A stretch of DNA of 64,000 bases from Orbicella franksi (Eukaryota), in the NCBI GenBank assembly GCA_964199315.1, contig OZ116705.1, positions 30,132,001-30,196,000 of the forward strand. Reading direction: 5' to 3'. Below, one piece after another: positions 39,646 through 51,612 of the stretch. The notes beneath the pieces are model-generated. The model was not told the origin of the DNA and searched no databases. It saw nothing but the letters and a program-made list of their open reading frames with translations. The translations under genes and the position numbers were made by a program. Every line of letters starts with the position of its first letter. Within the stretch, counting starts at the first letter, position 1.

Positions 39646-40131
39646 ATTAGAAGAAACAAAACACAAACCGCGGTGATAAACATGGAACCAAAACGCATGT
39701 TAAACAAAGTTAATTTCCTTGACGTTTCGTATGTACAGCATACATCTTCAGAAGTGACCGTTAACTAGATTACAATCGAAATTTAAACGCGAAGAGAAAG
39801 AAAAAGACTGGTATCTAATAATATGTAACAAGACTAATAGTTAATAACAAACAGATGAGTGAAAAAAAAATTACCATAATAATAACAATATAAAATGTTA
39901 GTAAAGAAAAAGTTTTTCACTGCCAACGTTTTCATTCAAGGCTGGCTTAAAATCACGAATTAACAATGTTTCCTTAATTTTACAATGTATATCTGACCTA
40001 CCAGTTGCTAAGATATCAAAATTGTCCCATTCAATATTATGACCCGTGGAAGTAACGTGATCCGCAGTGGCTGAGGTGTGACCGCTTTTAGCAAGGGCCT
40101 TAAAATGTTCAGTTTTTCTATCGTGTAGTCG
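39646..40131 (-). mobile_element. 5'-truncated Penelope-like retroelement (C-terminal GIY-YIG endonuclease region + 3' UTR)
   Basis: 40131->39898 reads RLHDRKTEHFKALAKSGHTSATADHVTSTGHNIEWDNFDILATGRSDIHCKIKETLLIRDFKPALNENVGSEKLFLY* (not in the ORF track), a typical PLE GIY-YIG C-terminus. The 3' UTR carries a minimal hammerhead. The right-hand 3' boundary (~39646) is approximate. Confidence 0.85.
39718..39754 (-). ncRNA. Minimal (dimer-type) hammerhead ribozyme in the Penelope 3' UTR
   Basis: 5'-CUU CUGAAGA U GUAUG-CUGUA-CAUAC GAAA CGUC AAG-3': conserved core, 5-bp stem II, palindromic ACGU stem III, 3-bp stem I. Confidence 0.7.
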
Positions 40132-40314
40132 ACTCTTCAGAGACCTTTAGAATTCAAAAACAAACTCGTTGAGCATCACGCCCAAAGTCCCGTTCGCAAA
40201 TTCTTGATGTTGACAGTCTGGCCCTCAACTGTCAACATCAAGAATTTGCGAACGGGACTTTGGGCGTGATGCTCAACGAGTTTGCCTTTGAGTTCTAAAG
40301 GTCTCTGAAGAGTC
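40131..40314. repeat. Fold-back inverted repeat: 87-bp arms, 10-nt loop
   Basis: Arms 40131-40217 and 40228-40314 are reverse complements with 3 mismatches; loop ctggccctca. Confidence 0.95.
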
Positions 40315-40345
40315 TCTTGGCCGAGACGAAACGCCGCGTCAGACT
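40300..40345 (+). ncRNA. Type I hammerhead ribozyme
   Basis: 5'-GGUCU CUGAAGA GUCUC-UUGGCC-GAGAC GAAA CG-CCG-CGU C | AGACU-3': stem I 5 bp (one G-U), stem II 5 bp with G10.1-C11.1, stem III 3 bp; predicted GUC cleavage after 40340. Confidence 0.8.
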
Positions 40346-41924
40346 AGCCACGAACATTTCACAAGTATTTGACAATTGTTTGCTTTTGTATAAACCGGGC
40401 AGTTATCAAAGAAATAAAAATATGTCATTTCCTTTCAGATCGTCCATTTTATGATTGATTTCACCAACGCATAAGAAAAATTATAAGTAAGATACACAGA
40501 CCAAGTAAGATGTTAATATATATATATATTTTTTTTTTTTTTTTTCAGAAAAAAATTCTATAAAAGTAGCAACTTTCTTTCCTGTGTGTATATTCAGCTG
40601 CTTGCAGATTAGCTGGGCCTATTTACGGTTTCTATCACATGGTTTCTACAAGTAGCTTGGAGTTTATCGTGAGAGTTACCAGAAACATATTTCTTTATAT
40701 TATTTTCTTTAGAAAGCCAACGTTTGATATTTAATACTGGTACAAAAGAGACTAATCTGGAACAGCTTCAACATGGAAGATGATCAGGCTCGTCACATGT
40801 TAAGGTAGCCTCTGATATATTTGGTAATACAGTAACACATGTAAATATTTCACAACACTGTTTTTTAGACAGGGGTCATCAAGGTTTTCATTCAACTTTG
40901 ATGAAGTGCATATCTTTGGCAGAGCCTAGTTGATCAGAACGACAACTGACGGAAAACGACGTTTAAATTTACTCACTATCTTTATGCCTTTATGGGTTCC
41001 ATCGAAAATCTTTGCTTCTCTGAGACAAATTTTGAAATTGTCCACGCGCAACTCCTCCACCCACACAGCCGTGGCATCTTGAGGTCTCTTGGGAACTTGG
41101 TGACCAGCAGTTACAAATATGGTTGGAGGAGTCGAAAACCGCTGAAATGAAATAATGAGAGGAGTTAAGATTAGTAAATTAAGCGAGTGAGTGGGTGAAT
41201 GATCAAATAAACAGATCAGCGAATATCCAAATGACCAATCATGGAAGAACGAGTTAATGCTTGCTTGAGCGTCATTTGTTCCTCAACTTACAGACATTTT
41301 GAGATTGCAACAGATCTTTTGAAAAAACTGACTAAACGTTTGGGATGGTAAAAATACAAAATGCCTCAAATAACAACAAAAGCGAGTCACGCAGCACGTT
41401 ACACACCACAGAAAGTGTACATATTTTCACAATGAGAGCCCTCCGAGGATATTTTAATTATTCAAAAGAACGCTTAAAGCTAAAAACCACTAATCAGCTT
41501 ATTGTCAATCGGTTTTTCATCTTTTGCATTAGGAATGTTTGTGTTTAAATCTTTGTAGTTCTTCTCAGTTGATAAACTCTTCTTAATTGCAACAAATTTG
41601 AACATTGCGACATTTTACTCATGTTTTTCGACTGTCTTGAAACAGTCTGCTATACAGGTTTAGCCTCCAGTTGCTAGGCAACTTTTGAATTACAAGGCAA
41701 TTGTTGCACCTTCTCACTAAGAGAGGAGCCTTTTCAGTGTTTTTCTTCAGTTATTGAACAATGTTCCGTATCAGTTAAATATTTGTTTCCAATACTTCTT
41801 GCTGAGCAATTACGCCATATTTTGATGCTGAGCTTTCGGACGAGTCATGTTTCAAAATGGCAGAATATTCACAATTTTCAGTAAAGGAAAATTCATTACC
41901 TGACTCGGGAATTGCACGTTGAAT

Positions 41925-44870
41925 TTCACGAGAAAAACCGATATTGCACAAATCGCGAAGTGAAGCGAGAAAGCGAAGCAAGAAAACACTGAGTGACATT
42001 TAACAACGTCGAGCAAACAGTTGTAAGTAAAAAATAATTTTATACTCAAATTCGAATTGAAATACAAGCTAAATTTTCAATATTAAAGTCTTTCGAAAGA
42101 ACAACGAGTAGAGAATTAATAGTCTCTCAGCAGAAAAGCTTACCGAGAACTGCCGTTGTACCATATTGCAAGTTGACAGATATATTTACTGGGGAGTTGT
42201 TAAACGATGACAGGCCAGTAAACAGTCAACTGAGAGCTCTCGCTGTAAATCACAAGTGATTGTTGCGTTAACTGCTGTTGGCGAGGCAGGTCCGCTGTTG
42301 ACATCGCAATTTCTCGTAAAACCTTAAGTGGAGCCGGAGCCCCTTCAAGTGTTAGCAGTAGCACTAAATGCAAACACAGCCCGCTTGTTTGACATCCTTC
42401 GTCGTTTTTCCAGAGGCTGTAACTTGAATTGAATCTCCGAGATTTCTGAGCGGATGAAAGTCGTCGTTTTTTCTTTGAATAAGACTGTTTTACGGCCGCT
42501 TGAGTTTGTGAATTTGCCATCCTAGGACACAGTTGACGCGATGTCCTTCGTTTGCTTTGCAAGTGTATTTCGGCCCACTGGAACCATATTATACAAGATG
42601 TCGGATGTTGGGCCTTCACAGGAGTGAGGGAAAAATTTCCAGGAACTCAAAATCAATGCTGTACTGTAGCTGTACTTTTCTTTGTATTCAGGTGAGGCCG
42701 GTAAAGTTCACTTTGAAAGTTGCCATTTCGTAATCTATATATGTCACAATTGACACTGGAGCTTCTTCGGCAGCTGAACTTTGCTTTGAGGCTTTCTGTT
42801 CGCTTGCTTCGGCCATTTTCTTGTCCAAGCCGTTATGATTTTGTCGTTTTCTGGTACTCGGAATCGTCAGCGGCTTCTTATATCTCTCTAAAAAGTTGTA
42901 CTTCAGTTAAAAGCAGGGAGAAACTCCATTTTCACTTTCACTTTGAAAAAGATTTGTGCCTGTTTTTTGCTTCGTAGACTGCGACAGTCGTTTTGAAAAC
43001 ATGATTAAAAGGTCAATGTTGTTTTGCTGTCACTCCTGTGAACAGTCACGCAAAGTATCGTTTTCAAGAGTCGTAATTCCACGCTTAATACCTCGCCTTG
43101 GTAACCAGTCAGAGTGCGAGAATTCTGTGCTATGTTATTCTTCCAATTTGGCAATTCTAGACCGGCGCTTTTGATGCTGTAAACAACCTCGTTACTTAAA
43201 GTAAAGCTCTTTTCCGCACTAATTCCCTTCAAAAGTATCACCAATTTTTTTGACAAATTCTGCACACAAAATACTGGCAGACTTATAGGCAGTTTTTGCC
43301 AATAATTGCCAACTTTAGACATTTATTTATTTATCTTTTTGCATTGTTGGGGAAAAATCTGAGCGCGTGGCCAGGTCTTATTCTTTGAATTGTTTTAATT
43401 TTACGCGAAAAACTGATATATCGCACAAATCGCGAAATGAAACGAGAAAGCGAAGCGAGAAAACTGATATTCAACAACGTCGAGCTAGCAAACAGTTTTA
43501 TAAATTAAGAAATATGTTTACACTCAAATTAAAATTTAAATGCAAGTTAAATTTTCACTGTTCAAGTTCCTCGAAAGAACAACGAGTCGAGAATAAAAAG
43601 TCAAAACGTATTTCTCGCAGCAGAAAAGCTTACCGAGAACTGCCGTAAACAGTCAACCGAAAGCTCTCGCTGTAAATGAGAAGTGATTGTTGAATTGACT
43701 GCTGGTGGTGACGTGGCCCACCGTTGACATCGTAACTTCTCGTTAACTTTGCGTGAAGCCGGAGACGATGCCCTTCATCTCCTTTGCAAGTGGAGCCGGC
43801 GGAGCCACTTCTAGTTTTAAGCAGCAGCACTAAATGCAAACCCAGCCAGCTTCTTTGACATCCTTCGTTGTTTTTCCAGAGGCTGTAACTTGCAATTGAA
43901 TCTGGGCTATATAGCGTGACTTGTCGGCTCCGAGATTTTGGGCGGTTGAAAGTCGTCGCGCACGCTTTGAATATGATTGTTTTACGGCCGCGTGAGTTTA
44001 TAAATTTGCCATCTAAGGACGCGGTTGAGGCGATGTCAGTTCGTCTGCTTTGCTGTGTATTTCGGCCGAGCGGAATCATTTTATACAAGATATTTGATAT
44101 TGATTTCTTTACTGGGGTGAGGAAAAAAATTCCCATGGCCAGGAAAATTGTGACTTTTAAGAGATGGCCTACATCCTCAAAATGAATGCTGTGCTGTAAT
44201 TGTACTTTTTGTTGTATTTGGTGAGGTAATACTCTCTTTGAAAGCTTTCGTTTTGTCTTCCATATGTGTCACAATTGCGGCTGGAGCTTCTTTGCCTTGA
44301 AGCTTTCTCCTCGTTTGCTTCGGAGATTTTCTTGTCCAAGTTATGATTTTGTTGTTTTCTGGTAGTCGCTAGCGTAATCAGCTTTTTCTATCTCTCTGAA
44401 AAGTTGTACTTTAGTTCAAAGCAGAGCGAAACTTCATTTCCATTTTGAAAAAGCCTTGTGCTTGTTTTTGGCTTTGTGAAACATGATTAAAAGGTCACTG
44501 TTAAGGTTTTTTTGTTGTTTCGGTGCAATATCACGCAAGGCCTCGCTTTCAAGAGTCGCAATTCCACGTTAAATGCCTCACCTGGGTAGCCAATCAGAGT
44601 GGGAGAATTTTCTGAGCTCTGCGATTCTTTTGCGATTTTAAAGCGGCGTTTTTGACGCTGTAAACAAACTCGTTACTTTAAGAACAATTCTTTTCTGTGC
44701 TATTTCCTTTCAAAAATATTGACAACGTTTTGACCAATTCTTCAAACAAAAACACTGGTTAAATATAAGGTAGCTTTTTCCAACTGCCTGGCAACTTTTG
44801 GCTTTTATTTAATTATTTATCTTTTTGCAGTTTTTTAGGAAATTCTGATTGCGTGGCCAGGCTTAATTCT
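41925..44870 (-). repeat. Diverged ~1.47 kb tandem duplication inside intron 2 of copy C
   Basis: Units ~41925-43390 and ~43400-44870 each run from aaaaac.gata..gcacaaatcgcgaa to gcgtggccagg. Intron 2 is 3954 bp in C versus 2351 bp in B and 2510 bp in D. Confidence 0.75.
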
Positions 44871-45784
44871 CCGCTTTTCAATTTTCCCACACCATTTCTT
44901 CATCTTTTGTCATACACATTAGTTTACTTTGTATACTGCAATCATTTTTTGCGTTAACTGACCATCTTAATATTTTTTGTTTGGTGTAACTGATTTGTTT
45001 CTTTTTAGTCCACATCCACAATCGGGGCCCCCTTTTTCATGAACTTTTTATATATCTCTCTACTTTCTAAACCACTCAACAAAACAAATTCTAACCTGCT
45101 GGAAATCGATCCTCTTGCATTCCGTTCCAGTTGTCCAAGAGTTTAAGAATGTGGTGCCAGTTTGAGATCCATTAGGTTTCGTTTCAAACGCAAGATAGTT
45201 TACCTCAATGGACTTATTTGAACCGTTAGCAAATTCTAGAACACAGGCTGTAAATTCACTCGTTTTAACACCTTCCACCCAGACTGCAGCGCCGTTCCGA
45301 GGGGTTTGGCTCTTCACGGTATGGCCAACTGAGGCGAGAACCGTCACTTGCTGTCCGCCGTTAAATGGCGTTTGGAAGTAAATTTTCTTACAACCGAACA
45401 GCCCTAGTGAGCTTGTTGTTACGTTTTCTTTTCCGGCCTTGAATCCGAGTGCTGTAAAGGAACAAATAAGACTCTTTTCGTCAAAATGATTGCACCTACA
45501 AAGTTTCAACTGAATGTACAACCGATATCCCAGGAATGGACATGTTGGTTGCCTTAGTAGGAGATTTATTTCTCAATTTTCTTGTTTTGTGCGCCCCTCC
45601 CCCATCTCTCAATTCGCTTCTTGTCTGATCAACAAAACGCCTGAACTTGCCGTGAGAAGTTGAATTAATGTTTACAGTCACAGAACGTAAAGAGTCGACC
45701 CATACCTTCATTGGCTGGAGTGCCCAGGCAAATCAACAAAAAAATGAGAAAGAAGTGCATCGCGTATTGGTGCTCAGACGACAT

Positions 45785-45960
45785 CTTGCTCCGACTGAAA
45801 GGGAACTTCACTCTGGCGTATATTATAATAATCACAAGGGCAATGCGTGACTGGAATGTACCTGTTAGGACATGTCGAATTATAGGATATTAACAAATTG
45901 TAAACAGCACGTTCACAAACTGAGTTATCTTGGGGGTGACGCATATAAGTGACGAGGTGG
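45785..45960 (-). promoter_or_regulatory. Conserved proximal promoter / 5' UTR block of copy C
   Basis: Nearly identical to 15310-15485 upstream of copy B and overlaps the homologous sequence at the window end (63948-64000, copy D). Confidence 0.5.
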
Positions 45961-48130
45961 AGAATGTCAGGCAGAGGAAAATGAGAAGTGTAAAAAAATA
46001 TGGCGGATTCCTAAGAAATTGACGTGACTTCTCTTATCCAACAATTGTATCTTATTTCCATCAAAATAAAATACAAGAATTGTTAGAAATTAAATAACAC
46101 TGAACTGACTATTATCGGAGTTGCTTTGTGAATGAAAACTACCGACCCCACCCCATTTCCCCCCTCCCCAGTTCCTCGCGGTGCCCCCGTATTCTCCACA
46201 AGAAACCAAAATTAAGTTAATCAAATTGTCATCTTGAACTTAACACATTTCAATTCTGATCGATTAATGTTCTGTTTTCGCTTTTCGAATTTATACTGCT
46301 TCACAGTAAATTTTCAGTTCATTTCAATTTTGAATTGATTTCATGCCAGTTAAATTTTAACCCAGTTATAAAGGAGCTTATGTCGAATTTTAGCTTATCG
46401 TTTCAAAGAGGAAAACTCGTAAAGTAACTAGAGATTTGAAAATTAGGAAGGCGTTTTCTTCGAGGATTTTCTTGTATAGATGATAGAATACCATCTCAAA
46501 AGTTTCGCAAGTTATTTTCGTCAGACTCGTCATTTATTTTGCTGTGTGAAGTCTTCCTGCTCTTAGACCTTCTTAAGTTCTTCGGTTGCTCTTAAGTATT
46601 GTCTCAAGACCCCAGGTCATTACATTAGGCGATGGATTCTAATTGATTGATGTATTTCTTGCCTAATTTGATCATTTGCCAGTTTGTTCATTTGATGTGT
46701 GTTTTACTTCATTTTGACTAGTGTCGTTTCTTTTAATCAGGCTCGAAGCTGATGGCGGAATTTGCCATTGCCTTCCTCAACGCATTTTGTTCTTGTAGTT
46801 CTTGAAAGCTTTCTGTGTAAAATCTAGTTTCAACTCTGCTCGAAAGTCGCGTGGATTTAACTTTGTATACATGCATTCCAACTTTCCGTAAGTGGTGCCT
46901 TCAGTGGGGCCGCCAAACAATTGAGCTGTGCCGAGAGCTGCCAGCTTATACAAGGTTTCAGATTCAGTGTTTGTATCTACCTGAGAAAATCACGAAGCGT
47001 CCACTTACGGATTGGTATGCAATGAGGTTCGACTGTGTTTAGTTATTGTTATCTTAGCTTATCGCACTTTAGTAATGCACTATGTACTCACGTGGACTAC
47101 TAAAATGACCACGTGCTTTTTGCGGATGGAGAGGTTAGGGGAAAGTGTTCGAGGGGAGCATAACAGAACAGTTATCTGTTTCCTTGTTTCTCGGCAGTTT
47201 TATAGTTTGTCAGCTCATTAATAATCCAATTCATGCTCTTAGTTAGGCTGTTTTTCATTCTTTGTAGAAGCACTTTAAATTTTGTAACAGTAAGGAAGCG
47301 TGCAATCCATGAGCGCTCACCTCTTTAATCAGCTTATTTTTCTGTTGTTTTATACTTAGGCATTTTAATACAATTCAGTGATATAATTCCAGGTAGAGTG
47401 ATTTTATTTAAGCCGTAAAACAACATCCAACAATTAGTCAAAAAGAGCCAAAACTAATTAATATAGTAAACTAAAATAAGTAAATTAGCATCTAATAGTA
47501 TCCAATTGTGTAGCAAGTATTTCATGGGTTAGGTAAAATCACCCTGAGATTGACACCTATGAAAGATCATGAAACGTTCCAAAATTGATCCTGAATGCAC
47601 TTAGTATTATTGCGGACGAAAGAATAACAGACACGTTGTGACAGAACAGTCTTTGAACTAAGAATGCCCATTTATGGATAGTTTTCTGGGAAAATATAAA
47701 AATAGTAGTCGCAGTTGCAGGCAACAGTCAGCCTGTGAAGTGGTAGAAATACATTTTGGAAGACATTACTGATTTTAAAAGCCGGGAATAGAACATGCAA
47801 TTTTTACGCACAGTGAAAGAAAAGAAAGCACTTTTTGCCGTCGACTGTATAGTTTAAGGAGTTGTTGAGCTTACGAACATAAGTAATTTTTAACTTGATT
47901 AAAACCCCGATAAAAAAGTGACAAGAAAAATCATTTGCTCGCTGTAACGCGTGTTAAGCGATATGATAAAGCATAGAGCTGTACCAGAAGACCTTTGGTT
48001 ATTATATTTCAGCTGAATTTTGAACTGTTATTGAATGGAGAAATCTAATCTTCGAGCATTTCCGGGTACGGCAGTACTATTCGAGACATCCTGCTGGGCG
48101 AATTTCGAGCAGGCGACAGTCAAACCTCTA

Positions 48131-48743
48131 TTAAGCACGTTCGCGTTAATTGTTTCTGCGCATCCTTACTGCGCATAATTCACACGCAACGTCATGCATC
48201 GATGCGCGCGCTAAGTCCAAAATGAACAGTGATAGGGCAGATGGTCATTGCTACAGCTTTGCCTGGATTTAATGATTTTGGACGTTCGGTGACCCCCATA
48301 TTTCTTTGATGGATCATTTTCTCAACCGATTTTCTTCGTTTGGCGAAAAAATAAAGAAAAACTATGGATTAGAAGTTTGAATTCTTTTGCAAAATGCACT
48401 ATCGAGTTCCGTTATTTTTAGCTCTTTACTTGTCTGTGCGATGGTTTCAAATGCCTCTTGAAGGGTTAAGTTTGTGAAAACATTGGCAACATTTGGAATT
48501 ATTTACGCAATAGACCCACAAAATATGAGTAAGATCGTTTCCCTCCGTTGACTATAAACCCCTGTAGACCATGCTGAATCACGTGACCCAATTTTTCTAA
48601 ATCAGGGTAGTTTTCCACACGGTGAAACGAAGTCGGTGACCCCCCAATTTTTTTGGATTTCTGACAAAAGTAACTCATTATCTGACTGCGGTAAAAATTT
48701 AAAAAATCTTTCGAGTGGAAGATTTTTGCGCGAACGTCCTTAA
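48131..48743. mobile_element. TTAA-flanked MITE (Kolobok-like) nested in the left TIR of the host MITE
   Basis: TTAAGCACGTTCGCG ... CGCGAACGTCCTTAA; TTAA duplicated. Confidence 0.75.
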
Positions 48744-49270
48744 GCGTTCGGCCTCAGGAAATAGCCAGGTGACCGCTTAATAGAGGTTGACCGTTTAAGA
48801 GAGGTGATAAAAATTTAACGCATTATGGGGCAAAAATTGAACGAGAAAATGAAAGTAAGCGCACAATTAAAACTAGATCTATTGTTCGTAACATCTGTGG
48901 CGCGGAATATATTTAAGCCACGCACTTATTGCCAACCAACAGATTTTATAGTAATGTTGTTCGTAAGGTAAGCGAGGGGCGCCTTTGCTTTAAAGCGGTC
49001 ATTGACAGTTTTGGCATCTCATTTAACATGAAGTGAAAAAACAGTGATGTTCGTCTGTGATTTAGCGTTGCATTTCGAGTAGCTTCATTTGGTGAAGCAA
49101 GTCATTGACTTTGTTCAGCGCCAACGAGAGTTCTTCGTCACCATAAAAGTGTGCTTCTGTTGAGCACCTAATGTAGCAAGGTGACCGTTCAACGGAGGTA
49201 AATTACAATAAAATTAGCCAATTGGGAAGTCCAAATGGTGACCGCGTCCACTGAATATATAGTAAATATG

Positions 49271-49385
49271 TGAAGAATATAAAAGCAGAAACCGACACAA
49301 CGGAGGATAATTTTTTGAAGGTGTACTTTATTTCATCCATAAATCATCCCACGTTGTACCGCGGTTTCTCCTTTTATATTCTTCA
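49271..49385. repeat. Small inverted-repeat element nested in the host MITE
   Basis: Perfect 15-bp IR TGAAGAATATAAAAG (49271-85) / CTTTTATATTCTTCA (49371-85); no clear TSD. Confidence 0.45.
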
Positions 49386-50072
49386 TTTTATATGTGAAGC
49401 TGATTAGATCACAATTGACCCAAAGTATACCAGCAGGATCATTGTTCCGTTTGTTTGCTTAAACATTTCATAAATACGTGAAGCGAATTTCGGGAATTTA
49501 AATAGTGACCTCTTAATAGAGGGTTACCACTTAACAGAGGGTCGTTTAGTAGAAGTTTGACTGTATTTGTATCTCTCTCAGATTTTTTGTAGTCCAACCT
49601 GTTGCTTCTCTTTTGATTCGCTGTTGCTCGCACGGCCTGGATCATGCTCGGCCCCGCGCGAACTCCACGAGTGCTTGCTTTCCCCGACGTAGGTGAATGC
49701 ACGGTCTTGGGCTTCTTAGATATCTGACCTAATCATAGTTTTTAGTGCCCTAAAAGCTGGCACTCAACTTTGCATAGCGCTTACTTACCGTTCAGGATTC
49801 AAGAAATCAATAAAACGACAGCACTGAAGCAGGGTTAAAACGCTAGCAATTACAAACTTTGATATCGCAACCCTTATGAAGGTGGACAGAAGGCACAGAA
49901 AATTCAGAAAAGAATAGCAACGGATCGATTACAAAAAATCTTAGAGAATGTCCATCACCGATCACAACACTGGAAGCAGTATTTTCAGTCACATCTATTT
50001 ATAGTTATCTATTTGTATTTTATCTTTAAAATCACCAACAGGGTTTTTTCTTTATGTAGTTAACAATCTGGT

Positions 50073-50257
50073 CAGGGCCGTAGCTAAGTAACAGGCAAAC
50101 CGAGGCAATTCCCTCAGTCATTTTTTTCGTTTTTGTTGTTTATAGTCAAAAACACCCTAAATTCCCAGGAATAGAATTAAACCATGGACATTGCTTCAGT
50201 CACAACTCATTTCTTGGACACTGCCTCGGTCATAATTTGTTTCTGGCTACGGCCATG
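50073..50257. mobile_element. Short hAT-like MITE
   Basis: CAGGGCCGTAGC ... GCTACGGCCATG imperfect TIRs; no 8-bp TSD found. Confidence 0.4.
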
Positions 50258-51612
50258 CAGGTTGTGGCTCCTGATATCAATTCAATGATTTTGTAAAAGA
50301 AAATCATTCAGTTCTATCTGATCCTTTATTTTTTTTTTTTTTTTTTTCAAAAAAACTCCGTACTCAAATAAAATGCTGATATATCTCAAATTATATATTT
50401 TTGTTTTTTCTTTCAAATAGCCAAATCTTTAACTGAAAAAGAAAACGTTCTTGTTGGTGCAATTTCTAATTTTCTCAATAAACCGCGTCAGAAAATAATC
50501 ATGGTATATGTATTCAACAAAACAAGTTCAAGACTTGATTGGACACTTGAATACAACTAACATGATTCCCTAAAGGCGGGTCTCAAAGAGGCAATTGGAC
50601 ATTGGGAATCAACAGTAAAAGTAATGGAAAAAGATTTCTTCCCGCCTAGATAACAACGAACGCAAACAGAAAACAACGCGTTATTTTCACCCTGCTCTAT
50701 TTTATTGTAACAAGCTTTTATAACGGTGTGTCTGACACTTGTATTTATTTTCTACGTTAGCACTCTCAAAAGACAATTCATAATTACTACAAACAAAAAA
50801 AATTCTTACTCTATCATACATTCTCAACCTACTTTTTCTAAACTCACTCAACCGAGACAAATGAGAAATCAAAACCAGCTGGAATCCTGTAACTTGGAAA
50901 CCTATCCTGGTATGATGTTCGCGGATTTCAATCAATTGAAACTCAGCATCAAGATTCTCCTTCCTAAGGGATAATTTCACGGTTCAGCGCGTGTACAAGT
51001 TATAGCGTGACTATAAATTACTACCTTGTTCATTTTTTTACAAACCCATATGTAGTTCAACAACTACAGACTATGATTTGTAAAAGCAGAATGACTGATA
51101 CCAAACTTTAACAGAAGATGTCAACGAATTTATCGAGAAAATTTCGAATTTAGTAATGAACATTGAGTTTCTTATTCGGCGCGAAGGATTTAATCTAGAC
51201 ACACACACGTGTTATCTACTTTTATCCGAATGTTGGATAAACAATATATGTATTAATCAAAACATACAAAAGGAATTCTAATGACAAACATTACTCCTAT
51301 CGCAGCGTTTTCATGACTGACATGAAAGACTTAAAGGAAAATTCCTTCCAGCAGTCATTAGCTCGGCAAACGTTATAGCTTATTATAACACGGAGCCATA
51401 AAACTATCCTTTAATGGCAATTATCAAACAAGTAACCCGCTCAAAGTAAACTGACATATAGATTGACATATCTCGGTGATATTGAAATTTTCTGATTATA
51501 TTGCGCTTCTACAATTTACCAACAATGTTTGCTTATACCCTTATATAATTGCAAAGGTTTAGTTGTTCTGTACAGGGTGCGTAAAACTAAGACTCCAAGC
51601 TCCGCGATTTCT

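Larger units (their letters stand above)
37984..45784 (-). pseudogene. Copy C: internally deleted paralog retaining exons 1-3 and 17-18 (signal peptide, ~1.5 lectin repeats, TLDc)
   Basis: Exons (minus): 45706-45784, 45096-45451, 40977-41141, 39152-39385, 37984-38324. All are open, with GT/AG sites. Exon 3 (ends phase 0) spliced to exon 17 (starts phase 1) hits TGA after 15 codons. No exon 4-16 sequence lies between 39385 and 40977. Confidence 0.8.
48117..49563. mobile_element. pogo/Tigger-like (Tc1-mariner) MITE carrying nested insertions
   Basis: Termini CAGTCAAAC...GTTTGACTG followed by TA (left flank mutated to GA). The empty site aaaTAgcctgc is seen at ~11945-11955 in the A-B spacer. 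Removing the nested element restores the left TIR cagtcaaacctctattaagcg. Confidence 0.75.
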
